NCBI GenBank assembly: GCA_951406725.2
Contig: OX597827.1
Coordinates: 23,746,001 to 23,810,000 of the forward strand
Origin: Octopus vulgaris
Taxonomy: Eukaryota
Length of the DNA: 64,000 bases
Reading direction: 5' to 3'
The translations under genes and the position numbers were made by a program. The notes below the pieces were generated by a model, which saw only the letters and a list, made by a program, of their open reading frames with translations, searched no databases and was not told the origin of the DNA. Shown one piece after another: positions 40,255-53,382 of the stretch (position 1 is the stretch's first letter; every line of letters starts with the position of its first letter).

Positions 40255-41961
40255 GGTAGTGAACTGGCGGAATCGTTAGGGTGTCAAGCAAAATGTTTAA
40301 TGTCATTTCTCCCAACTTTTTACATTTTGAGTTTAAATTCCTCCAAGGCTGACTCTGCCTTTCATTTTTATGGGACCGATAAAATAAGTGCCATTGGATC
40401 ACTAGGGGTCAATATAATCAACATCTCCCACCCCACAAAAACTGCTGGCTCTGTACCAAAATTTGAAACCATTATTATTATTATTATTATTATCATGATT
40501 GTTATTATTATTATTAAGGTGGCAGTGAGCTGGCAGAATCATTAGCAGACTGGATGAAATGCTTGGCAGTATTTTGTCTGCTGCAAACCTTCTAAGTCCA
40601 AAGTTTGCTGATGTCAACACTGCCTTTCATCCTTTCGGGGTTGATAAATTAAGTACCAGTTGAACACTGGGGTTGATGTAATCAACTCATCCCCACCTCC
40701 CCACAAGCTGCCCCTGTGGCAAAAATTTGAAATAATGATAATAATTATTATTGTTTTTATTATTATTAAGGCAGTGAGCCAGCAGAATCGTTAGCACTCT
40801 GGATGAAATTGCTTAACGGTGTTTCATCCATGTTTGCGCTCTGTGTTCTAATTCCACTGTGGTCAACTTTGCCTTTCATCCTTTCGGGGTAAATGAATTA
40901 AGTACCAGTCAAGTGCCGGGGTCACTGTAATTGACTTAACCCCTCCCCACAAATTTCAGTGCCTTGTGCCTATTGTAGAAAGGATTATTATTTAATCAAA
41001 AACTGAGTGTTTAGCTTTATTTCTCACAATTTCCCACTTGCAAGATCAATTAAATCTTCCCATGATTTTGGATTTGATGTCTTTTAAGCTGACACTTTAG
41101 GGTCACTGTTCCTTATTGGAATCACTGAGGGGTTTATGCTTCCATCTACCCTGATTAACATTAAGACTTTTATCAACCCCAGAAGGCCAACAGACAAGTT
41201 TACCTTGATAGGATTTGAACTCAGAATGTAAATGGTTAAGCTAAATACCATAGGTAGTTTGCCTGATGTTATACTGAATCTGCTAATCCTCTGCCCTTAT
41301 TCTATGTTATTCCTTCCCTTTAATCTCTGATTAACCTTTCTGTTCTCTCCCCACCACTTTCTCATCTAGTTCACAGTTCAATATTCAGCTTACAAGAAAA
41401 GGGTGGCAACCAGCACCCCACCACACACACGCAATATGTGTGTATTGCTTACATTATAAGAAATTTCTATTATTTTCGAAACTACGTGACACACACAAAA
41501 CAAATCGCCTCCTCAGTGGAATTTGAAGGAAACAAATCCACAAATAATCCTTCCTGCTATAGGCACAAAGCCTAAAATTTTGCAGGAGGGGTTAAGTTGA
41601 TTACACTGACCCCAGTACTTGACTGGTACTCACTTCATCATCCCTTAAAGAATAAAAATTGCAGTCAACCTCGGTGGAATTTGAACTCAGAATGTGTAGA
41701 GGGACGGAATGTTTTGGGGAGTTGTATCTGGCATACTGTTGATTTTGTCAACTTGCTGCCTTTATATAAAGCCACAAATAATAGCATATAGAGTGTAGAG
41801 CTAAAAAACCCTTGGATGGGTGTATATATTCGCGTTGTTGTGTTTTCTCTTTGTGTTTTCATGTTTGGATTAACTATATATATATACATATATATATATA
41901 CACACACATACATACATATATATAAAATTTAATGTTTCTCTCCATTTTTGCTCCCTGATAG

Positions 41962-42183
41962 ATTGAAGAACTGAAGACCAAAGAAAAACACATTGCTCAA
42001 CTGGAACAAGACCTCGGTCACCAGTCTGGATACATGATGCAACTAGAGAAGAAAATTTCTTCTCAGGACAAAGGTCCAAATCCATCGTCACCAGGTGGAG
42101 CCACCACACCAAGCAAACCAACAAGCACAGCGCATAACTACAGCCCTAGCAAAGACTCTGATGGGAACCAACAAACAAACTTG
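41962..42183 (+). CDS. Internal coding exon (74 aa, IEELKTKEKHIAQLEQDL...QQTNL): coiled coil followed by an S/P/T-rich linker
   Basis: Pyrimidine tract plus TAG acceptor ending at 41961, open 222-nt frame, GTAAGT donor at 42184, phase 0-0, heptad-like L/I spacing. Confidence 0.88.
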
Positions 42184-43950
42184 GTAAGTACTGCTCAAGT
42201 TTCCATTTTCCTTTTTCTTTCTCGTCACGTGGGCCCCAATGTTGTAGCATCATCATCATCACCGTCATCCAACAACTCCTGATGGTGTCACTGCTGCCTG
42301 AAGTTGCTCATCTCATCTCTCTCTCTTACTCTCTCTCTCTCTCTCTCTTACTCTCTCTCTTACTCTCTTTCTCTCTCTCTCTTACTCGCTCTCTCTCTTT
42401 CTCTCATTTGTGTATCTATGTGTATATATACACATCTGCTTGTTCTCTCCACCTCTCTTCTAATTCTACACACTTGCTGTCATTACACCTGTTGTACTGC
42501 CCTGTTTTTGTCTTGGAACAGTGCCAGAAACAACGGATGGAAGAGAACTGGCAGATATTTCTAATTTTCTGCTAGCAGAGAAAAAAAATATTATCTTAGA
42601 CGACAACAGAGATGTTGATGACGACAATCAAGATGATAGTGTGCGTGTGTGTATGTAAATATTCTGGAAATTTGCCAAAAAAGTTAAGAGTAACATGAGT
42701 TGTGGAACCTACTTTCTGCCTCTAAACTTCAATAACTTTATGATGACCTATATAAAGCTAAATTAATTAATTATCTAATTATCTCTGGGGTTTTTTTTCT
42801 AAAGTTTCTCATTTGCTTAATTACCAATTAAACTACACACAAGATTAAACAATTATTTGCTTTTAGCAATGGGTTGCTAATCCTAATCAATGTAGATTAA
42901 GAGTGGATTATCTAAGAGGATAATGTTAAAAGCTAATAGTTAGTTGGTGTTGCCTTTATCTGGTCCACATGTTTACTTTGGCTCTGTTCTCTGTCAGCTG
43001 TAATTGTGTTCAACTGAGGATTTGATCCCTGCTCTCCAAATCACCAAACCACATGACCAATTTCAGTTATTTTGTCACTCCATCACTCGGTTATTTCCTC
43101 TGTCCCTCCACCCTCATTGGCCCCAGTTCTGCTTACTGTTTCAGTAAGCAGTCGGTGGGTGGATTAGTGTTCTGTATATCAAAACTATATAGAAAATCAC
43201 CTTCAGCTGAGACCTAGGCAATTATTCCAAGTCTGGTTCACTCGGCTGTTTGTGGTTATCCCTCTTATTCCAGCTGTGTCAGGCTTCATCGTGTTGAATC
43301 CGTTAGTTCTAACCAATATTTGACAAAGTTGATAAATCATTAAATATTTATTCAAAGTTGTCTGAAAGTCAATGCTACTGTTTCAACTGTCCGTCACCAA
43401 AGGATTATCTATTCCCATTCATTCTGTCACTTGCTGTTCACCTCACTTCCACAAACACACACACACACACACACACATGAATCGTGAAGTCCAAAGATAT
43501 GGCACCACTCTATGGAAACGAGTTTTACAAGTTACATTGTATAAATTCTGGATGTTGTTCACATTTTTGTCTTGGTGAAGTTGTCTATGGACCTTCTGTT
43601 GATCACATACTCACATTTATCAAGGTATGTATCTCTCACTCTCTCTCTATCTCTATCTCTCTTTCTCTCTCTCTCTTTCTCTCTTTCTCTCTCTCTCTCT
43701 CTATCTATCTCTCTCTCTCTCTCTCATTGATTTTTGATCTTTTTTACCTCTAATTACCTCGAGTTGTTTCAGTTCACACTTGTTTTACCTGTGAAAGGTA
43801 TACTTCACTTCTTAATTTACAATTAGACCGATTCTTATTAGCAACCTCGCCTTAACACCTTGTTGTAGGATTTTCAAAAGGTTTACTAAGAGCAGACATG
43901 GAACTTTTGATAAACTAAATAACATTCTACACAATGAAATAGTTCAGTTG

Positions 43951-44875
43951 TTAACCCTTCAGCATTTAGACCATATCCAGTCCAAATATTCTACCTGTTT
44001 TATGTTCAAACCTGCTGGGTCTGGCCTCTCACACCTGTCCTACCATGTCATTCTAAAAATAATCAAGTATAATCATTGAAATCTCAAAGCTATGAGATAA
44101 TCCATGATTAACTCAAAGCAACGTGAATAATAACCGGTACTCCGTTGGTTATGTCAGTGAGTGTTCCAGTTGATCCGATCGATGGAACTGCCTGCTTGTG
44201 ATATTTTGCATACAAGTGGCTGAGTACTCCGCAGACATGCATACACTTAATGTACTTGTCAAGGAGATTCGACTTGACACAGACTGTGTCAAGGCTGGGT
44301 CTTTGAATAAAGTGTATAACTTATTTTTGCCTGCTGAGTGGAGCAACATCATCATCATCATCATCGTTTAACGTCCGCTTTCCATGCTAGCATGGGATGG
44401 ACGGTTCGACTGGGGTCTGGGAAGCCAGAAGGCTGCACCAGGCCCAGTCTGGTCTGGCAGTGTTTCTACAGCTGGATGCCCTTCCTAACGCCAACCACTC
44501 CGTGCTTCTTATGTGCCACCAGCACAGGTGCCAGGCAAGGCGGGTAACGGCCACGATCGGTTGGTGCTTTTTACATGCCACTGACATGGAAGCCAGTCAA
44601 GGTGGCGCTGGCAACGACCATGTTTGGATGGTTCTTTTACGTGCCACTGGCACTGGTATCACAACTACAATTTCCATTGATTTTTTATTGATTTCGATTT
44701 CACTTGCCTCAACATGAAATATAAAGTCTTGCTCAAGGCCCAGCTTGCTGCCAGGATTTGAACTCAGTACCTCACAATCATAAGATGAATACTCTAGCCA
44801 TTAAGCCATGTGCCTTCCCCATGTGAATAAATAAGTGTTATGTTTGACAGGGTAATCTGAGTTCTAAAGGGTTAA
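43951..44875 (+). mobile_element. piggyBac-like MITE containing a SINE (44134-44820, -) that contains an RTE 3' fragment (44348-44714, -)
   Basis: TTAAcccttcagcatt ... ttctaaagggTTAA; gtgaataa duplicated around the SINE and caacat duplicated around the RTE fragment. Confidence 0.78.
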
Positions 44876-46287
44876 AGTTATTCTTTGAAAATTAAATGGT
44901 TGTTTAGTTTCCTAGGACTGGCTGACATCTGACTACCTCCTCTTCCTCATTGTTTTCTATCTGTAAGTTTTGTTCATCTGCAATATTTAGAATTCAATCT
45001 AAACAAACGGTAGAAATAAATCTTTGAATTCAACTTGTTTGTTGGTCGGTCGGTCGGTTGGTCGGTTGAAAAGAAGGTTTCTCTTAAGCTGTGTTTGTAA
45101 AGAAAGAAATAGTGATATGTTTGAAAGATGTATGGCAATTTCTAGAAAATCTCAGAGAAGGCATGGCTGTGTCATAAGAAGTTTGCTTCCCAACTACATG
45201 GCTCTGAGTTCAGTCCCACTGCATGTAGCCCTGGGCTGACCAAAGCCTTGTGAGTTGATTTTGTGTTGCTGACCTCGAAAAGTTTACTTTTTCTTCTAAG
45301 ACACGAGGGAAATGGTCAGTCAAATATCAGCCGGTACCAAAGATGTTAAATACATTTATTCTATTATTGTTATTATTATTATTATTATATATTGTAATTT
45401 GTGAACAATAGTGTCAGTGGATACTGGTTTTCAATAGATCAATCACTGGTTATAAATTTCCAACAGCTCAATCACTGAGTGAAGAATGAAATGGGTGCTG
45501 GAGTTTTAGGAATTATCTTTTGTGGGGGGGAGCCAAGCCATTGCAGCACCATGGCTGTTGCTGGTTTAAGTTGTGTGAAGACCTCTTTATGCTCTGACAA
45601 CAAGATTGATTTGTTACTTCCAAGGGGAAGTCTGTGAATAGAATCCCTGTTTCATGATCTTCAAGTAAGAACTGCTCCCTATTTTCCTTGTTTTGATAGA
45701 TTCAGGTCATTGTTGATCAAACAGGACCGTAAAATCAAAAGCATTCCAGCCATGATTACCTTTTTGCAATAATCTTATCTAATGTGTCCTTCCTTTCGTA
45801 AGGCAGTATGTGGTTTGATAGATTAGTTTCTATTTTAAGCAGACTACATAGACTTTCTTGTTAGTTGGTCTCAATCCAAACAATTAACCCCCCCTCTCTC
45901 TCTTGGAGAGGCACAAGCACCAACACACACACATACACACACACGGTAGTAACTTCTGCCTACCAAATTCAATCACAAAGCTTCAGTCGGCCCAGGGCTA
46001 TAGCAGAAGACACTTGCCCATAGTGCCACACGATGGGACTGAACCCGAAACCATGTAGCTGGGAAGCAAGCTTCCTAACCACTCAGCCATGCCCATTTGA
46101 ATATTTCTTACTTAGAATATAAAATGTCTTAAATACCAAAATACAATACTTGTAAATATAAGGCACTGAAATCCAAGTCACTTTCTTATAAACTTAACAC
46201 TTGTTTTAGCTTTCGTATACGATTGCCTCTGTCTGTGTGTTGTTCTACACATTTTATTGACCAAGTTGATGTGTTTTTCTATTTCAG

Positions 46288-46449
46288 AAAGAGAACAGCA
46301 GTTGCCAAAACAGTAAAAACAAAGTGCCCGGTTACCTGGCAAGGAAGAGTGACAAAGAAAACTCCACCTTCCTTGCACAGATCCGCAGTCTACAGCAAAA
46401 GATCTCTGAACAGTACAAAACCATCAATGCTCTCAGACAAGCATGTTCC
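46288..46449 (+). CDS. Internal coding exon (54 aa, KENSSCQ...FLAQIRSLQQKISEQYKTINALRQACS), coiled coil
   Basis: tttttctatttcag acceptor ending at 46287, open 162-nt frame, GTAAGT donor at 46450, phase 0-0. Confidence 0.88.
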
Positions 46450-48277
46450 GTAAGTAACAACCTACCATTTGGACTGGCCCAAATGTTCTTTACCTTTTTA
46501 TGTTCAAACTAGTCGGGTCCAGCCTCTCTCATCAACCTCACAATATCATTCTAAAAATAAACATCTACGACATTAAAATCTCAAGCTGCAAGATAATTCA
46601 GGAATAATTCAAAACAATCATCATCATCATCATCGTTGTTTAACGTCTGTTTTCCATGCTGGCATGGGTTGGACGGTTTGACTGAGGGCTGGCAAGCCAG
46701 AAGGCTGTACCAGGCTCCAATCCGATCTGGCATTGTTTCTACGGCTGGATGCCCTTCCTATCACCAACCACTCTGAGAGTGTAGTGGGTGCTTTTTACGT
46801 GCCACCGGCACGTGGGCCAGTCAGGCAGTACTGGCATCAGCCATGCTTGACTGGTGCTTTTTACATGACACCAGCACAAGAGCCAGTCAAGCAGTGAATA
46901 AATAATCATTGCATTTGAGTGAGGAATCTGAATGCTAAAAAGTTATTGTTTTGAAGGGCAGGTTGTGCAGATGCATTTTGCTGTGTTGGAATGTGCATCT
47001 GTGTGTGTGAGTGTGTGTTTGGGGCTTTATATATCCAAATGCTTTTTTTGTTGGTTTTGTTTATTTCTTTTTCAAAAATGCTGTGTATAATTAGTCAATT
47101 ACAGAACAAGACAGACCATGATAAAAGCCACAACTCTGTTGATGACAGGTAAAACTATTTCAGTTAGCTGTAATCATCAAAAAATATATCTAAATATATT
47201 TAACCATGAAACTATAGATTTAGGCAGGTTCCACAGTGATGGTTGCAGAGGGAAGACTGTTGTCTTTATAACTAATAATGGTGAAGGGACATTCTACATT
47301 GGGATTCTTGTAGTAACAGTCTCTGTGCAAGTGGAATGGTAAGGTGACAATGGTAATTAGCTGAATTCCACTCTTGTTTATATATGTGGCCATAATGGTG
47401 GAAATTTTGATGAGTCTGGTTAAGACATCATGACCACCACCACTCAGCTCTCTTCTGTGGAAGACTTATTCCTACTTTAACAGAGGAAGTGGCATTGAAA
47501 CATTTGTAGTAGAACGTGGTGTTGATAGTTTTTTTTTTATTATTATCTTTAGTCAGGAGGGAAATTGGCAACAGTTGTGGCTCTTTACTGGGTCTCTGAA
47601 ACCTGTTGGGGGAGGGCATTCTTGAACTAGAGGCCTGGCCTGGACTTGATGCTTGCAACAGAGTGGATTCCTCCATTAAAGGGACTCAAGGTACGTTCAG
47701 ATGAAGGTGTTTCAACTGGGTAACTGATTGTACAGTTATCTCCTCTATCACCCACCGGATATCTCTATATTTTTGCTCCATCTATACCGGATGTCGCTTC
47801 TCCCACCACCATTATAGGTGTCTACTCTTCGAACCCCCTTCTTCAATACGCTATTTCAGCATGCATTACCCCTCTCTTGATATCCTACGTTCTACTTGCC
47901 TAGAACCTGTCATCATTTCTCTGAACCACCCCTCCCCACTGGTGCTCCCCTATATTTCTGCCCCCCCCCCCCATAAAAAGCACCATCCGAACGTGGCCGA
48001 TGCCAGACCCCTCTGGCACCTGTGCAGGTGGCACGTAAAAAACACCCACTACACTCGCGGAGTGGTTGGCGTTAGGAAGGGCATCCAGCTGTAGAAACAC
48101 TGCCAGACTAGACTGGAGCCTGGGGCAGTCCCTAGCTCCCCAGACCCCGGTCGAAACCGTCCAACCCGTGCTAGCGCGGAAAACGGACGTTAAACGATGA
48201 TGATGATGATGATATATATATATATTAGTCCAACCCATGCTAGCATGGAAAGCAGACGTTAAATGATGATGGTGATC

Positions 48278-48317
<40 letters not shown>

Positions 48318-49345
48318 ATGGTTTTACTAAGATAAAGCTGGCATGCCTTCATCCCATTAGCAAAGTAAGAAGAGAAGCAAGCTGCTGCATAACCACCATG
48401 TACTTTACGTTTCTGTTCACCTCATCTTTCTAAAGGTGCACACAGACACTCTTGCTTATGTCACCTGCAGTCGACAGTTGTGATGAGGATGATGATGACG
48501 ATGGCATGCAATAGTGATGGTTATTGTGAAAATAATGATAATAGATGTTGGTTGTTGGTGAAGGCTTATGGAGGCAATAGTTGTTAGAATGACGATGATG
48601 ATGATTGTGGATTACAGAAATAATGACTCTGCTAATGGTGATGATATTATGAAGAGAGCCATCCTAGACAGACAGACAGACAGGCAGGCAGACAAACAGA
48701 AAGAGTTCATCTGTAGACTTGCTGATAAAACTCTTCATCCAAATGTAAATGTCAATGAAACAGACATGTGAGTGAAGCTAAGACTAAGCTTTAGCTAAAC
48801 TCTCTCTCTTTTGTATTATTATGGATATATATATATATATATGTATATGTGGATATATATATATGTGTGTGTGTGTATACATGCACCATTTGCTATGTAC
48901 GTGTGTTGTAATGATTTAATTGTTTATATTCTGAGATTATGGAAGACTTAATACCTCTGGATAACTTGCTTTCTTACAACTTGTTAATCTCATTCATCAT
49001 GTACTTGTCTGCTTTCCAACGGTTCAATCTCTGCTGTTTGATTTCACATGACCTATAGAGATATAGTTAGCTTACTGGATGAACAGACAGACAGAAAGGT
49101 AGATATCATCATCATCATCATTTAACATCCATTTTTCCCACGATTACAAGTCAGAGTTTATTGAAGCAAATTTCCTATGGTCAGATGCCGTTCCTGTCCG
49201 CAACCCATGCCTGGTTTAAAGGATGGTGATGTTTCCTCATGGCCTGGCATGTTTTTGCATAATATTGAAAATGAATAACATTCATTTACATCATCACACA
49301 GTGTCATGACAAGCTGACACAAACACACACATATAGGAAATTACA

Positions 49346-49570
49346 ATGATGAAGGAATAAGAAATTATCATGGACTTCATTAGCTTACGTGCATTTCTTA
49401 CAGCAGAAACAACTGTAAGCCAATGAAAGTCATGCTTATTCTTTTGTCTTTCTAATTTCTTACTACTGTTCTCTTGTTCTATACTCAACTGGTGCTTTCT
49501 TCTCAAGTACATGAATATTGAGTTCAGCCACCAGGTTATTAGGAGCGCAATGTCTAAGCGAAATAATAAT
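49346..49570 (+). mobile_element. Diverged relative of the hammerhead-bearing element at 7580-7795
   Basis: aTGATGA..taagaaat/atttctta..gcAGAAACaactGTAag; downstream tattgagttc..ggttattag shared with about 7741-7768. Confidence 0.55.
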
Positions 49571-49748
49571 TAATATATATATAGGTGCAGGAGTGGCTGT
49601 GTGGTAAGTAGCTTGCTTACCAACCACATGGTTCCTGGTTCAGTCCCACTGCATGGCACCTTGGGTAAGTGTCTTCTATTATAGCCTCGGGCTGACCAAA
49701 GCCTTGTGAGTGGATTTGGTAGATGAAAGCTGAAAGAAGCTCATTGTA

Positions 49749-49794
<46 letters not shown>

Positions 49795-50079
49795 CACACA
49801 CATATGGTGGTGCATCAGCATGGCCGCAGCTATCAGCTGAAACTACAACAAAAAAAAACAACCATATATGTGCTTGTGTGTCAGTATTTGTCCACCCACT
49901 ATTGCTTAACAGCCAATGTTTGTGTGTTGCATCTGAGTAACTTAGCAGTTCAGCAAAAGAGACCAATAGAATAAGTACTAGGCTTACATACAATAAGTGC
50001 TGGGGTCGATTTGTTCGACTAAAGGCAGTGCTCCAGCATGGCTGCAGTCAAATGACTGAGACAAATAATGGAATAATAG

Positions 50080-50114
<35 letters not shown>

Positions 50115-50381
50115 ACACTTTTTTCAGTTTCCACCTACCAAATCCACTCACAAGGCTTTGGCTAACCTAGGACTATAGTAGAAGACACTTGCCCAAGGTG
50201 CTATGTAGAGGGACTGAACCTGAAACCATGTGGTTGGGAAGCAAATTTCTTACCACACAGCCACTCCTGCACCTATAATTTACATATATATATAGCACCT
50301 TGGGCAAGTGTCTTCTACTATAGTCCTAGGTTAACCAAAGCCTTGTGAGTGGATTTGGTAGGTGGAAACTGAAAAAAGTGT

Positions 50382-50421
<40 letters not shown>

Positions 50422-50742
50422 GTATCTGTGTTTGTAGCCCCACCATCGCTTGACAACCGATGTTGGTGTGTTTACGCCCCCGTATCTTAGCAGTTAGGCA
50501 AAAGAAACCGATAGAATAATTACTAGACTTATAAAGAATAAGTCCTGGGGTCAATTTGTTTGACTAAAGGCGGCGCTCCATCATGGCCACAGTCAAATGA
50601 CATATATATATATATATATATACACACACACTTTCAATTAGAGGTTGTGTTAACCTCATGAAGGGGCGGTTTCATCCTTAAAATAATAGGCATATATATA
50701 TATATATATATATAACCATATAGTTTATATTCTTGTAAAAGC

Positions 50743-51055
50743 AGGAAATGCAAATGGAGATTGGGAAGTTAATAATTGTTTATTTACAGCAAATTGATCA
50801 TCATCCCTTACAGCTGTTTCGATTAATACTCAGTAAATATTAAATTCATATAACCTGAGCATAATGTCTTCAGAAGGGAAAAGATATACCCTTGGGTGTT
50901 TTATAAGTGTTTATGAATTCATTACAGCAGACTGAATAATACAGTTTATGAATTTGATATTTACTGAGTATTAATTCAAAAAGCTGTAAGGAGGATGATG
51001 ATTTGCTGTTAATAACAAACAATCATTAATTTCCCAATCTCCATTTACTTTTTCT
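50743..51055. mobile_element. Inverted-dimer element with a hammerhead motif (second family) between (TA)n tracts
   Basis: Arms ~50743-50854 and ~50944-51055 are diverged inverted repeats; the minus arm carries CTGAAGA...GAAACAGCTGTA. Confidence 0.7.
50805..50878 (-). ncRNA. Type I hammerhead motif
   Basis: Minus strand: CCCTT-CTGAAGA-cattatgctcag-loop-ctgagtattaatc-GAAACAGCTGT-A-AGGG. Confidence 0.6.
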
Positions 51056-51056
51056 T

Positions 51057-51099
<43 letters not shown>

Positions 51100-51195
51100 C
51101 GGGAAGCTTTATCAAAATAAATAAAAGACGAAGGCAGGTGGAATACAAACAAACAATTGTATTAGTATGGCGCTCAGGAATATAAATAAAACAAG

Positions 51196-51233
51196 TCTTT
51201 TACGTTTCGAGCCTACGCTCTTCAACAGAAAGA
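51196..51233 (-). ncRNA. 38-nt minimal hammerhead-like motif with a variant core
   Basis: Minus strand: TCTTT-CTGTTGA-A-GAGC-gtag-GCTC-GAAACGT-A-AAAGA; helices I and II perfect. Confidence 0.6.
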
Positions 51234-51311
51234 TACACAGAAAAGAAACACAGAGAAACAAGGAGAGAAAAAAAATGCGTGCAGAGGCTAGCGAATCAAC
51301 ATGGCAATCTG

Positions 51312-51437
<126 letters not shown>

Positions 51438-51808
51438 GCCATTATACAAATCTTTAGGTTGGGTTTAACACATGGATGGATGAATGAGCAACCTTTGTAC
51501 ATAATACTTTGCTGGGTTTGAACTGATAACCTTTATATCTGCTCACAAAGTCTTTTGATTAGTGGCTTGGTTATTGGCCAAGAATATTGAAACTGAAGAA
51601 ATGTGTTGGGGTGGGGCAGTGCCAGACCATCTGAGACGGTTTCCTGTGAAAGACAGACATCTTACCCAAGGAAGATTTATTCCCTGGTATTAACCTAACT
51701 GGACTCGCATCTCCTTTTTTCTCATAAGGATAAATATGAATCTCCTAGATTCTACTCTGTTATTTCCTTTCTCAAATCCTTTGTAAAAATGTTGTTTATA
51801 TTTCTTTC

Positions 51809-51919
51809 ACTGAAGAGTACATTGATATATAATTAATTTAATTAATCTAATTAATTTAATCAATTCAAATTCAATCATGAATTTGCATGATCTTTATATC
51901 CCTGTACGAAACGATTGTC
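51809..51919 (+). ncRNA. Hammerhead-like motif with a long AT-rich loop II
   Basis: CTGAAGA-GTACA...TGTAC-GAAAC-gatt-GTC; helix I poorly paired. Confidence 0.45.
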
Positions 51920-52217
51920 TACATGAATTAAAATTCTCTTACATATTTTTACCTCTTCTCTTCTCCGTTTTTAACAAAATTGTTGAGTTTTATGGGATTT
52001 CTTTCCATAAATTCACCACACATCATATACAAGTATATGTGTGTGTGTGTGTGTGTGTGTTTGTGTGTGTGTAATTATAGAGGTATAATTATAGTTAAGG
52101 GCTACTGGAAATGACCAGTGCCTATGCTAGAAGTAGATGTCAAATACCTACAATCTGCTCTAAAATTTGTTCTCTATATTCAACTACAGGTATGAATGCA
52201 AGGGAATAAGCAAGAAA

Positions 52218-52257
<40 letters not shown>

Positions 52258-52298
52258 GGCGGTGCATCAGTATGGCCGCAGCTCTGAGCTGAAACTAG

Positions 52299-52905
<607 letters not shown>

Positions 52906-53334
52906 ACGCCATTCATGCTTATTTGGAAATTGTGCAAGACACCACTTGTATAATAAACCTACTACACGTGTGTGTGCGTGTGATAAAACATGCGTTTAGC
53001 TGTTATGTCACAATTCAGCTGAACATATGTTTATGCCTGTAGATCACATCTCATCAGCCAAGATGAAAGAAGCTTGCGTGCGCGTCTTTGTGACTCTGTT
53101 TGCCCCCCCCCCCACTACCATTTGACAACTAATGTGGGTGTGTTTACATCCCCATAACTTAGCGGTTCAGCCGAAGTGACCAACAGAATAAGCACCAGGC
53201 TTAAAAGGAAAAGTGTTCAGGTCAATACATCCAACTAAAATTCTTGAAGGTGGTGCTCCAGTATGGCCACAGCCTAATGAGTGAAACCAGTAAAAGACAA
53301 AAGACACCTAGCCATATATATCTTAAGATGTCTC

Positions 53335-53382
<48 letters not shown>

